In this document: positions 11,319 to 21,017 of the stretch, in pieces
How the letters are laid out: each line of letters opens with the position of its first letter
How positions within the stretch are numbered: position 1 is the stretch's first letter
NCBI RefSeq assembly: GCF_054482595.1
Contig: NZ_CM137008.1
Direction: 5' to 3' (one strand)
DNA: 64,000 nucleotides
Made by a program: the position numbers and the translations under genes
The notes under the pieces: model-generated
Told to the model about the DNA's origin: nothing
Seen by the model: only the letters and a program-made list of their open reading frames with translations
Databases searched by the model: none

Positions 11319-12367
11319 GGTTTTTATTGGGCGTGCTGATGCTGATGATCTCCGGCTCAGCGCTGGCGACCATCGATGTGTTGCAGTTTAAAGATGAAGC
11401 ACAGGAACAACAGTTCCGTCAGCTCACTGAAGAACTGCGTTGCCCGAAATGCCAGAACAACAGCATTGCCGATTCCAACTCGATGATTGCCACCGACCTG
11501 CGCCAGAAAGTGTATGAACTGATGCAGGAAGGTAAAAGTAAGAAAGAGATTGTCGATTATATGGTGGCGCGTTACGGCAACTTCGTCACTTACGATCCGC
11601 CGTTAACGCCGCTGACCGTGCTGCTGTGGGTGCTGCCAGTAGTGGCTATTGGCATTGGCGGTTGGGTCATTTACGCCCGCTCGCGGCGTCGGGTACGCGT
11701 GGTGCTGGAAGCGTTTCCTGAACAAAGCGTGCCGGAAGGTAAGCGTGCCGGATATGTTGTTTATCTGCCGGGTATTGTGGTGGCGTTAATTGTGGCTGGC
11801 GTCAGCTACTACCAGACTGGCAATTATCAGCAGGTGAAAATCTGGCAGCAGGCCACGGCACAGGCTCCGGCGTTGCTGGACAGGGCGCTGGATCCGAAAG
11901 CCGATCCGCTCAACGAAGAAGAGATGTCGCGCCTTGCGCTGGGGATGCGTACTCAACTGCAAAAAAATCCGGGAGATATAGAAGGTTGGATTATGTTGGG
12001 TCGCGTTGGCATGGCGCTGGGTAACGCCAGTATCGCCACCGATGCATACGCTACTGCGTATCGCCTCGATCCGAAAAACAGCGATGCCGCACTGGGTTAT
12101 GCTGAAGCGTTGACACGTTCATCTGATCCCAACGACAACCGCCTCGGCGGCGAACTGCTGCGCCAGTTGGTGAGAACGGACCATAGCAATATTCGTGTGT
12201 TAAGCATGTATGCGTTTAATGCCTTTGAGCAGCAGCGATTTGGCGAAGCCGTTGCCGCGTGGGAGATGATGTTGAAACTCTTACCTGCCAACGATACTCG
12301 CCGTGCGGTGATTGAACGTAGTATCGCGCAGGCGATGCAACATTTGTCGCCGCAGGAGAGTAAATAA
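11315..12367 (+). CDS. ccmH: Cytochrome c-type biogenesis protein CcmH
   Basis: 350 aa, N-terminal CPKC motif (LRCPKCQNNSI) and C-terminal TPR-like region. Confidence 0.93.
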   Translation: MRFLLGVLMLMISGSALATIDVLQFKDEAQEQQFRQLTEELRCPKCQNNSIADSNSMIATDLRQKVYELMQEGKSKKEIVDYMVARYGNFVTYDPPLTPLTVLLWVLPVVAIGIGGWVIYARSRRRVRVVLEAFPEQSVPEGKRAGYVVYLPGIVVALIVAGVSYYQTGNYQQVKIWQQATAQAPALLDRALDPKADPLNEEEMSRLALGMRTQLQKNPGDIEGWIMLGRVGMALGNASIATDAYATAYRLDPKNSDAALGYAEALTRSSDPNDNRLGGELLRQLVRTDHSNIRVLSMYAFNAFEQQRFGEAVAAWEMMLKLLPANDTRRAVIERSIAQAMQHLSPQESK

Positions 12368-12397
12368 AAAGAGGCCCGATGGTGATTCCATCAGGCC
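12362..12397 (-). terminator. Rho-independent terminator (hairpin followed by U-run on minus strand)
   Basis: Imperfect 10-bp stem GGCCCGATGG/CCATCAGGCC preceded on the plus strand by AAATAAAAAGA (U-run on minus-strand RNA). Confidence 0.5.
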
Positions 12398-12426
12398 AGA
12401 CTGATGACAAAGTGCGCTTAGTTTAT

Positions 12427-12525
12427 GCCGGATGCGGCGTGAACGCCTTATCCGGCCTACACAATCGTGTGAATTCAATAAATTGATCGATCCGCGTAGG
12501 CCTGATAAGCGTAGCGCATCAGGCA
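12427..12525. repeat. REP/BIME elements (two REP-like palindromic units)
   Basis: GCCGGATGCGGCGTGAACGCCTTATCCGGCCTACA and CGTAGGCCTGATAAGCGTAGCGCATCAGGCA, the typical E. coli REP consensus, in the convergent ccmH/narP intergenic region. Confidence 0.8.
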
Positions 12526-12548
12526 GTTTTGCGTTTGTCATAAATCTC

Positions 12549-12580
12549 AGCCCGATGATAAATCCATCGGGCTATTTTTA
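12549..12580 (+). terminator. Rho-independent terminator
   Basis: Perfect 9-bp stem AGCCCGATG/CATCGGGCT, 7-nt loop, followed by ATTTTTATT; abuts the narP stop. Confidence 0.6.
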
Positions 12581-13225
12581 TTGTGCCCCGCGTTGTTGCA
12601 GGAACAGAATGGTGGCTGCCACGCGTGAGCGGACATTGAGTTTGCGCAGCAGATTGCGAATATGTACTTTTACTGTCTGCTCGGAAATATTCAACACCGA
12701 GGCAATCTGTTTATTTGACAGCCCCTGTGCCAGCTCGTGCAGAACATCCAGCTCGCGCTCCGTCAGCACGCTGAAGGGATCTTCTTCCGCGCCAAACATT
12801 TCACGTTCATGTAAGTACTGATTGACGCGTTCGCTAAAGACTTTGCTGCCTTTCGCTCCGGCACGAATCGCTTCCAGCAAAACTTCCGGGTCGCTGTCTT
12901 TCAACAGATAACCGTCTGCGCCTGCGTCTATCAGCGCAAAGACATCGCTGGAGGCATCTGATACGGTCAGGATAATAATTTGCGCGGTAACGCCATCCCT
13001 GCGCAAGGCATTGAGGGTATCCAGGCCACTCATACCTTTCATATTGAGATCCAGCAAGATCACGTCGATATCCAGTCTATTAGCCAGATCGATCGCGCTC
13101 GCGCCGTCGCCTGCTTCGGCGACCACTTCAAAGCCAGGATCAAGCTCCAGTAACTGACGAACACCGCGTCGCATAAGTGGATGATCATCCACAATCATCA
13201 CCTGAAAAGGCGTTGCTTCAGGCAT
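12578..13225 (-). CDS. narP: Nitrate/nitrite response regulator NarP
   Basis: Start set at MPEATPFQVMIVDDHP (215 aa); receiver domain plus LuxR-type HTH; recognised as NarP. Confidence 0.94.
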   Translation of the reverse strand: MPEATPFQVMIVDDHPLMRRGVRQLLELDPGFEVVAEAGDGASAIDLANRLDIDVILLDLNMKGMSGLDTLNALRRDGVTAQIIILTVSDASSDVFALIDAGADGYLLKDSDPEVLLEAIRAGAKGSKVFSERVNQYLHEREMFGAEEDPFSVLTERELDVLHELAQGLSNKQIASVLNISEQTVKVHIRNLLRKLNVRSRVAATILFLQQRGAQ

Positions 13226-13544
13226 AGTAGTCTCCTGAGGTTTTATTAGAATCATTATGTTTGAGCGTAGCGTTGGTATCGCTACCAGGCGCGTGAATGT
13301 TACCCCATTTTATGTATGGACATGTAGTGAAAACTACAACCTTGTCGTTCGTTTTGGCATCATTTTCATTATAAAGACGGAATTTTGCATCAGCTTCTCA
13401 TCAAGAAAAACAACTAAAAAATCAATCACAATACTTGTGCATTTCTTTAAACAGTTTTTAAAAACTGATTCCGGGTATGGAGCTATGGGTATTTTCTGTA
13501 CCCAATGCTTTTAACAGCAATTAATTTCATAGGATGAAAGCTCA

Positions 13545-16136
13545 ATGCATCAATCTGGTTCTGTTTCTCTTTGTCGTTCCGCAATATCTGTTCTGGTGGC
13601 TACAGCGTTATATTCACCCATAGCATTGGCATCAACAGTTGAGTATGGTGAGACAGTTGATGGTGTTGTCCTGGAAAAAGATATCCAGCTGGTTTATGGG
13701 ACCGCCAATAATACGAAAATCAATCCTGGCGGAGAACAGCATATTAAAGAATTTGGTATAAGTAGTAATACTGAAATTAACGGCGGGTATCAGTACATTG
13801 AAATGAATGGCACCGCAGAATACTCCGTATTAAATGATGGTTATCAAATTGTTCAAATGGGTGGCGCGGCAAACCAGACTACCCTCAATAATGGTGTGCT
13901 ACAGGTTTATGGCGCAGCGAATGATCCCACGATTAAAGGCGGGCGCTTAATCGTTGAAAAAGATGGGATTACCGTCCTTGCCGCTATCGAAAAGGGAGGA
14001 TTACTGGAGGTTAAAGAGGGGGGATTAGCGATTGCGGTAGATCAGAAAGCAGGCGGTGCTATTAAAGCAACCACGCGGGTCATGGAGGTATTCGGAACAA
14101 ACCGTCTCGGTCAGTTCGATATCAAGAATGGAATTGCAAACAATATGCTGTTGGAAAACGGCGGAAGTTTGCGAGTTGAAGAAAATGACTTCGCTTATAA
14201 TACTACTGTAGATAGTGGCGGCTTACTGGAGGTTATGGATGGCGGGACTGCAACTGGCGTTGATAAAAAAGCAGGCGGAAAATTAATTGTCTCAACGAAT
14301 GCGCTGGAAGTGAGTGGTACAAACAGTAAAGGCCAATTTAGTATAAAAGATGGTGTGTCAAAAAATTATGAACTGGATGATGGTTCCGGGCTTATTGTTA
14401 TGGAGGACACGCAGGCCATTGACACTATCCTTGATGAGCATGCCACTATGCAATCGCTGGGAAAGGATACTGGTACGAGAGTGCAGGCAAATGCGGTATA
14501 TGATCTCGGTCGATCAGATCAGAATGGAAGTATAACGTATTCCTCTAAAGCCATCTCTGAAAATATGGTTATCAACAATGGCCGCGCTAACGTCTGGGCT
14601 GGCACAATGGTTAACGTTTCAGTCAGAGGGAATGATGGCATTCTTGAGGTCATGAAGCCGCAAATAAATTATGCACCCGCAATGTTGGTGGGTAAGGTAG
14701 TGGTTTCTGAGGGCGCTTCTTTTAGAACGCATGGTGCCGTGGATACCAGCAAAGCGGACGTTTCGCTCGAAAATAGCGTATGGACCATCATTGCCGATAT
14801 CACTACGACGAACCAAAACACCCTCCTCAACTTAGCCAACCTTGCGATGTCTGACGCAAATGTGATTATGATGGATGAGCCAGTGACTCGTTCATCAGTG
14901 ACGGCAAGTGCGGAAAATTTCATTACGTTGACCACCAATACCCTGTCGGGAAACGGCAATTTTTATATGCGTACCGATATGGCTAATCATCAGAGCGATC
15001 AGCTCAACGTCACCGGTCAGGCAACAGGTGATTTCAAAATATTCGTGACGGACACCGGTGCCAGCCCGGCAGCAGGAGATAGCCTTACACTGGTAACAAC
15101 GGGCGGCGGTGATGCTGCATTTACGTTGGGCAATGCCGGAGGCGTTGTTGATATCGGTACGTATGAATATACCTTGCTGGATAATGGTAACCATAGCTGG
15201 AGTCTGGCAGAGAATCGCGCGCAAATTACCCCTTCAACCACTGATGTGCTGAATATGGCGGCCGCACAACCGCTGGTATTTGATGCAGAACTGGACACCG
15301 TGCGTGAGCGTCTTGGTAGCGTAAAAGGCGTTAGTTACGATACGGCGATGTGGAGTTCGGCAATTAACACCCGCAACAACGTGACCACTGATGCGGGAGC
15401 TGGTTTTGAGCAAACATTGACGGGCCTGACGCTCGGTATCGATAGCCGTTTCTCCCGTGAAGAAAGCAGCACAATTCGCGGCTTGTTCTTTGGTTACTCT
15501 CATTCTGATATTGGTTTTGATCGCGGCGGAAAAGGTAATATCGATAGCTATACCCTGGGGGCTTATGCCGGTTGGGAGCATCAGAACGGTGCCTATGTTG
15601 ATGGGGTGGTGAAAGTTGACCGTTTTGCCAACACCATCCATGGCAAGATGAGTAATGGGACAACAGCGTTTGGCGATTACAATAGTAACGGCGCGGGTGC
15701 TCATGTTGAGAGCGGGTTCCGTTGGGTTGACGGATTGTGGAGTGTTAGACCCTATCTGGCCTTTACCGGCTTTACCACAGATGGTCAGGACTACACGTTA
15801 TCAAACGGCATGCGCGCGGACGTGGGAAATACCCGGATATTACGCGCTGAAGCGGGAACGGCGGTAAGCTATCACATGGACCTGCAAAACGGTACGACGC
15901 TGGAACCCTGGCTGAAAGCCGCCGTACGTCAGGAATACGCCGATTCTAACCAGGTGAAAGTTAATGACGATGGCAAATTTAATAATGATGTGGCTGGAAC
16001 CCGTGGCGTTTATCAGGCTGGGATAAGGTCATCGTTTACCCCGACGTTAAGCGGTCATTTGTCAGTCAGCTATGGCAATGGCGCAGGGGTAGAATCGCCG
16101 TGGAATACTCAGGCGGGTGTGGTCTGGACGTTCTGA
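13545..16136 (+). CDS. yejO: Autotransporter adhesin YejO (intact)
   Basis: 863-aa ORF with signal peptide, repetitive passenger domain and C-terminal beta-barrel ending in W-T-F; recognised as yejO. Confidence 0.85.
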   Translation: MHQSGSVSLCRSAISVLVATALYSPIALASTVEYGETVDGVVLEKDIQLVYGTANNTKINPGGEQHIKEFGISSNTEINGGYQYIEMNGTAEYSVLNDGYQIVQMGGAANQTTLNNGVLQVYGAANDPTIKGGRLIVEKDGITVLAAIEKGGLLEVKEGGLAIAVDQKAGGAIKATTRVMEVFGTNRLGQFDIKNGIANNMLLENGGSLRVEENDFAYNTTVDSGGLLEVMDGGTATGVDKKAGGKLIVSTNALEVSGTNSKGQFSIKDGVSKNYELDDGSGLIVMEDTQAIDTILDEHATMQSLGKDTGTRVQANAVYDLGRSDQNGSITYSSKAISENMVINNGRANVWAGTMVNVSVRGNDGILEVMKPQINYAPAMLVGKVVVSEGASFRTHGAVDTSKADVSLENSVWTIIADITTTNQNTLLNLANLAMSDANVIMMDEPVTRSSVTASAENFITLTTNTLSGNGNFYMRTDMANHQSDQLNVTGQATGDFKIFVTDTGASPAAGDSLTLVTTGGGDAAFTLGNAGGVVDIGTYEYTLLDNGNHSWSLAENRAQITPSTTDVLNMAAAQPLVFDAELDTVRERLGSVKGVSYDTAMWSSAINTRNNVTTDAGAGFEQTLTGLTLGIDSRFSREESSTIRGLFFGYSHSDIGFDRGGKGNIDSYTLGAYAGWEHQNGAYVDGVVKVDRFANTIHGKMSNGTTAFGDYNSNGAGAHVESGFRWVDGLWSVRPYLAFTGFTTDGQDYTLSNGMRADVGNTRILRAEAGTAVSYHMDLQNGTTLEPWLKAAVRQEYADSNQVKVNDDGKFNNDVAGTRGVYQAGIRSSFTPTLSGHLSVSYGNGAGVESPWNTQAGVVWTF

Positions 16137-16197
16137 TAACAGAAAATAAACAGGCTGTGATGTGTCACGGTCTGTTTATCGAATTAATTGCAGATAT

Positions 16198-16228
16198 AAA
16201 AAAACCAACCGTAAGGGTTGGTTTTTTT
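16198..16228. terminator. Bidirectional rho-independent terminator (original proL/yejO terminator)
   Basis: Stem CCAACC/GGTTGG with loop GTAAG, flanked by an A-run upstream and T-run downstream. Confidence 0.65.
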
Positions 16229-16285
16229 GGGATTTTTGGTCGGCACGAGAGGATTTGAACCTCCGACCCCCGACACCCCATGACG
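16229..16285. repeat. attL: 57-bp direct repeat containing the displaced 3' 48 nt of tRNA-Pro
   Basis: Identical base-for-base to 55706..55762; positions 16237..16284 are the reverse complement of the tRNA-Pro 3' end including CCA. Confidence 0.85.
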
Positions 16286-16537
16286 CCGCTTGAAAAATGC
16301 TGAGAACCGCGCAATCGCTGGTGGTAGGTACTATTCGCATGTATAAACAAACAGTGCTTTTTTAGCAAAATCCGTTCTATATACATCAATGACTTAGGTG
16401 GTGGTTTCTCCCCATGCCACAAGTAGTGTTGAGCTTTACTGAAGCCACTCCATTGGCCTCTACATGGAAACTAACAAGAAAATGTCAGTTGAAGGAGTTT
16501 TATAAATTCATGTTTTCTTCTTCAGGACAACCCATCA

Positions 16538-16566
16538 CCCGCAGGCACCGCCTGCGGGAATTTTGC
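16538..16566 (+). terminator. Rho-independent terminator
   Basis: Stem CCCGCAGG/CCTGCGGG with loop CACCG, followed by AATTTTG. Confidence 0.5.
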
Positions 16567-16654
16567 GACTGTGTTCGTTTTAAATTATAGATGCATCACC
16601 TGATATTCGTGACATACAAACTATGCATTAGCCAGATCTATACTGGATAAGTAT

Positions 16655-18406
16655 TCATTCTAATGCCTTCTCAATGTTTGTATTTATTTCTGATAAACTA
16701 TTAATTACACCGTCAAATACAAAATCAAGAGCGTTACTATAACCAATTGCTAAAGTAGCTGAATCAAATCCTAGTTTTGCTAAATGCTCAATTGATTTGT
16801 TTACTGCTTCATGAGCTTCAGCATTTCTTAAATCATTATTTATAAAAAACGATGCCACTTTTTTATTTTGAGTTTTAAAATCTGCAAATTCTGTGGCGTG
16901 CTTAAGTACAGATGAGTCTTCATTCTGTTCAATAATTGGCTCGATAAGGTTAAGTAATGATTGAAGTAGTTTCAGAGTTTGGAATTTTTCGATGTCTGAT
17001 TTATTAACACCCATTGCAATTAATAATTTTTTTAAAGAGCCTGATTTAATCTTATTTAAAATCTCATTAATAGTCTTACATCTATTCAAAAAATCCGGTT
17101 CTTGCATGTCATTTGGCGCAACAAATGCTAGCTTCTGCAATACTGGATAGTTAGAGATTCCTTCTGATTCTAACTCTGTGCGATTAATTTCTAAAATGTC
17201 TGCATTGGATAAAGTAACACCAATACTTCTACCAAGTGCTACAAGATTATCGCTAAGTCTTGCTAGTTCTCTAGCGAATTTAAATGTTTTAGATACAATA
17301 TGTTCTCCGCTTAAATCATTTTCAGTGATTTGGTTTGGATCCTTAGCATAATCAAAAACATGATAAACCTCCTCTTCAGGAATTCCTCGATACAGCTCAT
17401 AAAACGGAATTCTGACTAAGTTTCTTCCAACCCTGATGCAATCCCTAAAGGACCATTGTCCACCGTAGCTTGGAGCAACCCTATAAGAATAGCCGTCATA
17501 AAATGGAATAGCATCATATGAAGAATCTTTTTCATATTTAGTAAGGAAAGAGTCATTAACCAAGACATATTCATTGTTTCTGATGTCTTTGGCTCTTGAA
17601 CTCGTCATAGGAGTATCATATCCCGGCCATATTAATTCATCTATATTTAATTTTTTACAAAGTTCAGGCTGAACAGATTGTACACTTCCCCATGCTTGCA
17701 ATAATATATTGTCCCCATTATCTACTATCTCAAAATCTATCCAAGGCAAATCAAACTTGAAATGTTTTGACCCAGACAATAAGTTAATTACTTCCGTCGT
17801 TCTTTGAATACGTGCTTCATAGTAAAAAACACGTACACCAACATAATTTCTCATCCAGAGGTATTTTCTTAGATAATCATTACGCATTGTCCATTTTACA
17901 TCTTTATTACTTCTAAAGTAATACTCGCTTGACACATCCCCTTGTGCGACTCCATAATCGGGCAAGCTTACCTCATCGAAAATGACTTTTTGCTCAGTGT
18001 CACCTATAAGTCTGGGTTTTAGACCAAGCATCATCCATACATCTTCAGCTAAAAAAAATGAAAAGTGAGAACTATCACCCCAAGAAGCTACAATATACTT
18101 ATAACCTGAAATTGATAAACTATAATCTCTTGCTCCGCCTTTAGACCTACAGTCAGGAGTCGAAAATGAAACTAAACCATTAGTAGACTCCTGGAGAACT
18201 TTGATATTATTGATATCTTCTTGTGGTACGGTAGCCATTGTCATATGAGCACACTCATGATTATCTTTAAAAAGATTTTTTTCGTATCTATGTGTGACAA
18301 TGACCTCTTTCTGTGGATTAGTAATATCCTCTATAGATAATAAATCTTTAAGACCTTGAGGGATCTGATCTACTGGTAAAGGTAATTGTGATATATAGTC
18401 AATCAT
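16655..18406 (-). CDS. Hypothetical 583-aa protein (prophage cargo between attL and int)
   Basis: Long uninterrupted ORF in an AT-rich segment with its own AT-rich upstream region; no motif I can assign (no Walker A, HNH or similar). Confidence 0.6.
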   Translation of the reverse strand: MIDYISQLPLPVDQIPQGLKDLLSIEDITNPQKEVIVTHRYEKNLFKDNHECAHMTMATVPQEDINNIKVLQESTNGLVSFSTPDCRSKGGARDYSLSISGYKYIVASWGDSSHFSFFLAEDVWMMLGLKPRLIGDTEQKVIFDEVSLPDYGVAQGDVSSEYYFRSNKDVKWTMRNDYLRKYLWMRNYVGVRVFYYEARIQRTTEVINLLSGSKHFKFDLPWIDFEIVDNGDNILLQAWGSVQSVQPELCKKLNIDELIWPGYDTPMTSSRAKDIRNNEYVLVNDSFLTKYEKDSSYDAIPFYDGYSYRVAPSYGGQWSFRDCIRVGRNLVRIPFYELYRGIPEEEVYHVFDYAKDPNQITENDLSGEHIVSKTFKFARELARLSDNLVALGRSIGVTLSNADILEINRTELESEGISNYPVLQKLAFVAPNDMQEPDFLNRCKTINEILNKIKSGSLKKLLIAMGVNKSDIEKFQTLKLLQSLLNLIEPIIEQNEDSSVLKHATEFADFKTQNKKVASFFINNDLRNAEAHEAVNKSIEHLAKLGFDSATLAIGYSNALDFVFDGVINSLSEINTNIEKALE

Positions 18407-18728
18407 TATAATTTATGCCTTCTATGCTCAGTATTAAATTAAATATTAAATCGAAGTCATCCCCTTGGCAACCTAAATCGTTTGCTGCTAGTACTTCAGT
18501 GTAAGATTAATTATGCAATAGTTTGCAATTGAAATATCTTAAGCTGTAGAAAAATCAATCATACTGATACCTTTTACTTAAGTTTCACTCCTAGGCATGA
18601 TGAACGCTTCCTCAAGATACAGTATTACGCTATGCCTGCAACTTTCACTTGTGGCATAGTAAACCTTTCAATTTAGGTTTAGCCCTGTATAGTAGTAATG
18701 CACGCTTCAAATCTGAGCTAATAAAATT

Positions 18729-19913
18729 TTAACTGGCTTTAATTTCTCCATGTGGTACGACAACCCAATCAATATGGTTTTGCGTATAAATCTTGGTTGA
18801 CTTGGAGTCGCTGTGCGCCATTCGTGCTTGCGGATCGATACCTTGCTGATCGAAAAGATACGCTGCTAATGCTCTAATTTCGTGAAAGGTTGGTCTTTCA
18901 TCTATCGGTAGATTGTCGCATAAACCTAGCTTGTCACGTGTGGCTGAAAACGACCGGCTCAAATAGTCCGGTGCAACTTGAGTAGGGTGTGAAACCTCTT
19001 TGCTGCGTTTAACCTGCCGTTCAGGGATCCTGTGAACGACAAACGGACTGGCCACATTATCTCGGCTATCATCAATTATTCGTTTCAACTCTTCACCAAT
19101 CGGTATTGCAACGTGTGATGCCTCTTTTTTTTGCACTTTTTGCCTGTGGATGTAAAGCGTCCCATATATGCCATTTTGTGGTTGTTCGAACCAGACACAT
19201 CCACATATACCGTCTTTAGGTTCGCGAATTGAGTAACGGATTCGCGATACTTCGAGTCGTGCATGTGTAGTCTGCAATGCTAGGTCCATTGCTGTTCTTA
19301 ACCATGGTGCAGCGGCCTGCCTGATAGCTATAAAATGCTCGAGTGACAGGCGCCGTCTTTTCTTCTCATCAGTCCTACGCATTTTTTTTCTGATGGCCGG
19401 GTTATCCAGCATTAGTGATTCATCGACCGCATAAGAGAACAACTTTTTAAGGAAGCTGACCTTTCTGTTCTGCACATTTGCGGATGCGCAGGCATGATAT
19501 TTATTGATGTAGGTATTAACGTGTTCAAGTGCAATATCGCATGCTGGAACATTTACGAAAAACGCTTTTACGCGTAGAGCGTCATTTTTCCAGTCATCTA
19601 AGGTGCTCTGGGAAGGACGTTCGTCTTCGATAATCCGGGTCATTATGTGATCAACATGTTCAGCAAATGGTTTTGCTTCTCCGATAACACCGCCAGATTC
19701 TCTAATAAGATTATCTACTGATGGAGATAATTCTGGTCGCATCCTCAGGTTGTACTCTCTGGCGATTGCAATGGCTATTGCCCTATCCTTACCTATATTT
19801 TTCTTCTTTCCGGTAATAAGTGTGAATTTATAAACACCTCGATCTTTATCAAAAATCAGATAATCAGGAAGATGTCTGTATTCTTTTTTACGTGGCCTTG
19901 CCGCCATGGTCAC
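18729..19913 (-). CDS. int: Tyrosine-type site-specific integrase (lambda Int family)
   Basis: 394 aa; C-terminal catalytic motifs HEIRAL (HxxR) and KIYTQNH (Tyr nucleophile); lies near attL. Confidence 0.88.
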   Translation of the reverse strand: MTMAARPRKKEYRHLPDYLIFDKDRGVYKFTLITGKKKNIGKDRAIAIAIAREYNLRMRPELSPSVDNLIRESGGVIGEAKPFAEHVDHIMTRIIEDERPSQSTLDDWKNDALRVKAFFVNVPACDIALEHVNTYINKYHACASANVQNRKVSFLKKLFSYAVDESLMLDNPAIRKKMRRTDEKKRRRLSLEHFIAIRQAAAPWLRTAMDLALQTTHARLEVSRIRYSIREPKDGICGCVWFEQPQNGIYGTLYIHRQKVQKKEASHVAIPIGEELKRIIDDSRDNVASPFVVHRIPERQVKRSKEVSHPTQVAPDYLSRSFSATRDKLGLCDNLPIDERPTFHEIRALAAYLFDQQGIDPQARMAHSDSKSTKIYTQNHIDWVVVPHGEIKAS

Positions 19914-20119
19914 CCCTCATTTATTAACTTGCGAACAGCTTGACTAACCATTGAGTCGACTCCCCATTTTTCTGTTTCGCAGACAAAAACAGAACCGTCC
20001 ACGATGCGTCCCATGAGTAGACCGTTCTCGACCCAACGTTTTATCGTTCGGTTGTCAGGAATTGAGCCATTAGAGAATTCACGGCGTCCCCATTGGCTCG
20101 CTTTCATTAGTTTTGCCAT
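19910..20119 (-). CDS. xis: Excisionase (Xis-like DNA-binding protein)
   Basis: Small ORF overlapping int start by 4 nt; RWVENGLL...G motif resembles lambda/HK022 Xis winged helix; start set at MAKLMKAS (ORF could extend to 20164). Confidence 0.65.
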   Translation of the reverse strand: MAKLMKASQWGRREFSNGSIPDNRTIKRWVENGLLMGRIVDGSVFVCETEKWGVDSMVSQAVRKLINEG

Positions 20120-20180
20120 GGCTGTTTCTCCACTTAGCCCGCTGCACACGGGTAGTAATATCAAATTCCAGTCCTGATAA

Positions 20181-20396
20181 TTAATTTTGTTCTCTGGTTG
20201 CTACTTGTTTTATTGGCCTGATGCTGTCCAGGAGCAGACGGCGGCGCATGTTTGGCGCGCCCCAACGGTAACCAGTCTTTTTGTCGTAGGATTCACAACG
20301 TCCGACAACCCAGGAGGTTTCAGTGGAATGTAATTTCATCCGCTTTTCACCGTCTCGGGTGATAACAATTCCTGTATGAGTTTTTATCACGCTCAT
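20181..20396 (-). CDS. Hypothetical small phage protein
   Basis: 71-aa ORF with GGAGA RBS 8 nt upstream; co-oriented with xis and int. Confidence 0.45.
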   Translation of the reverse strand: MSVIKTHTGIVITRDGEKRMKLHSTETSWVVGRCESYDKKTGYRWGAPNMRRRLLLDSIRPIKQVATREQN

Positions 20397-20598
20397 TTTT
20401 TATTCTCCGGTGCTTTCGGCATTACTGCCCAGTGGGTAATATTGACGTTTTCAAGGTCCCCGACCTGAAATGTCCACTGCCATTCTCCGGTTTCTTTTTG
20501 CCCCCAATGTGTACCAGAGAGAACGCCAGCCAATCAGCCAGCCTTCTCCATTAGCATCAAATAACAGAACACTTTCATGTCTGTTTTGTAAAAAGGAC

Positions 20599-20633
20599 GG
20601 TACCAGCCGGAAGCAAGGGTACAAGCTGGTACC
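20599..20633. other. Strong hairpin (9-bp perfect stem) in a structured noncoding region
   Basis: GGTACCAGC ... GCTGGTACC inverted repeat with 17-nt loop, within the GC-rich, stop-codon-dense region 20400..20920. Confidence 0.4.
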
Positions 20634-20920
20634 TCCAAGACTACACACAGCATAAAGTTGTGGTGCCGGGTGCCTCCCGGTGCCTGGCGAAGGTTGCACA
20701 CCAGGCGGGTGGGTATCCACAGAAGGTCGACTGTCAGCCTCAACCTTTACCCGCGTGCGCTGAGCCGCATTCACCACAACGCTAAGGATTCTCTCTGGTT
20801 GAAAATACTTAGCTGTTATGTGCCTGCTTTTAGCCACATCAGGCGAGGTGGACCTAGTTATTCCCCAACAACAAGGATTTGGTTATTATGTAACCCTCCC
20901 CAACAACGATAAGGATTTAT

Positions 20921-21010
20921 ATGGAACGATGTGTAGATAAGTATGAGGAGAGGCATGTGCCGTTAAGGCAAAAGCCTCCAGTTCCTCCAAAACCACCCAA
21001 GGAAAACTGA
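20921..21010 (+). CDS. Micro-ORF (29 aa) encoding proline/lysine-rich peptide ending ...KPPVPPKPPKEN
   Basis: ATG preceded by AAGGA RBS at 6-nt spacing; stop 8 nt before the 21018 gene; shares the PP(K/R)P(K/R)PP motif with two micro-ORFs downstream. Confidence 0.4.
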   Translation: MERCVDKYEERHVPLRQKPPVPPKPPKEN

Positions 21011-21017
21011 GACTAAT

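Noticed and set aside
16165-16422. 85-aa minus-strand ORF spanning the attL tRNA remnant and terminator
   Set aside because: Overlaps the terminator hairpin and the tRNA-derived att repeat; no RBS; almost certainly not coding.
20451-20837. 128-aa minus-strand ORF, and the 61-aa plus-strand ORF at 20470..20655
   Set aside because: Both lie in the structured GC-rich region; translations are Pro/Arg/Gly-rich without protein-like periodicity. Treated as noncoding (see finding).
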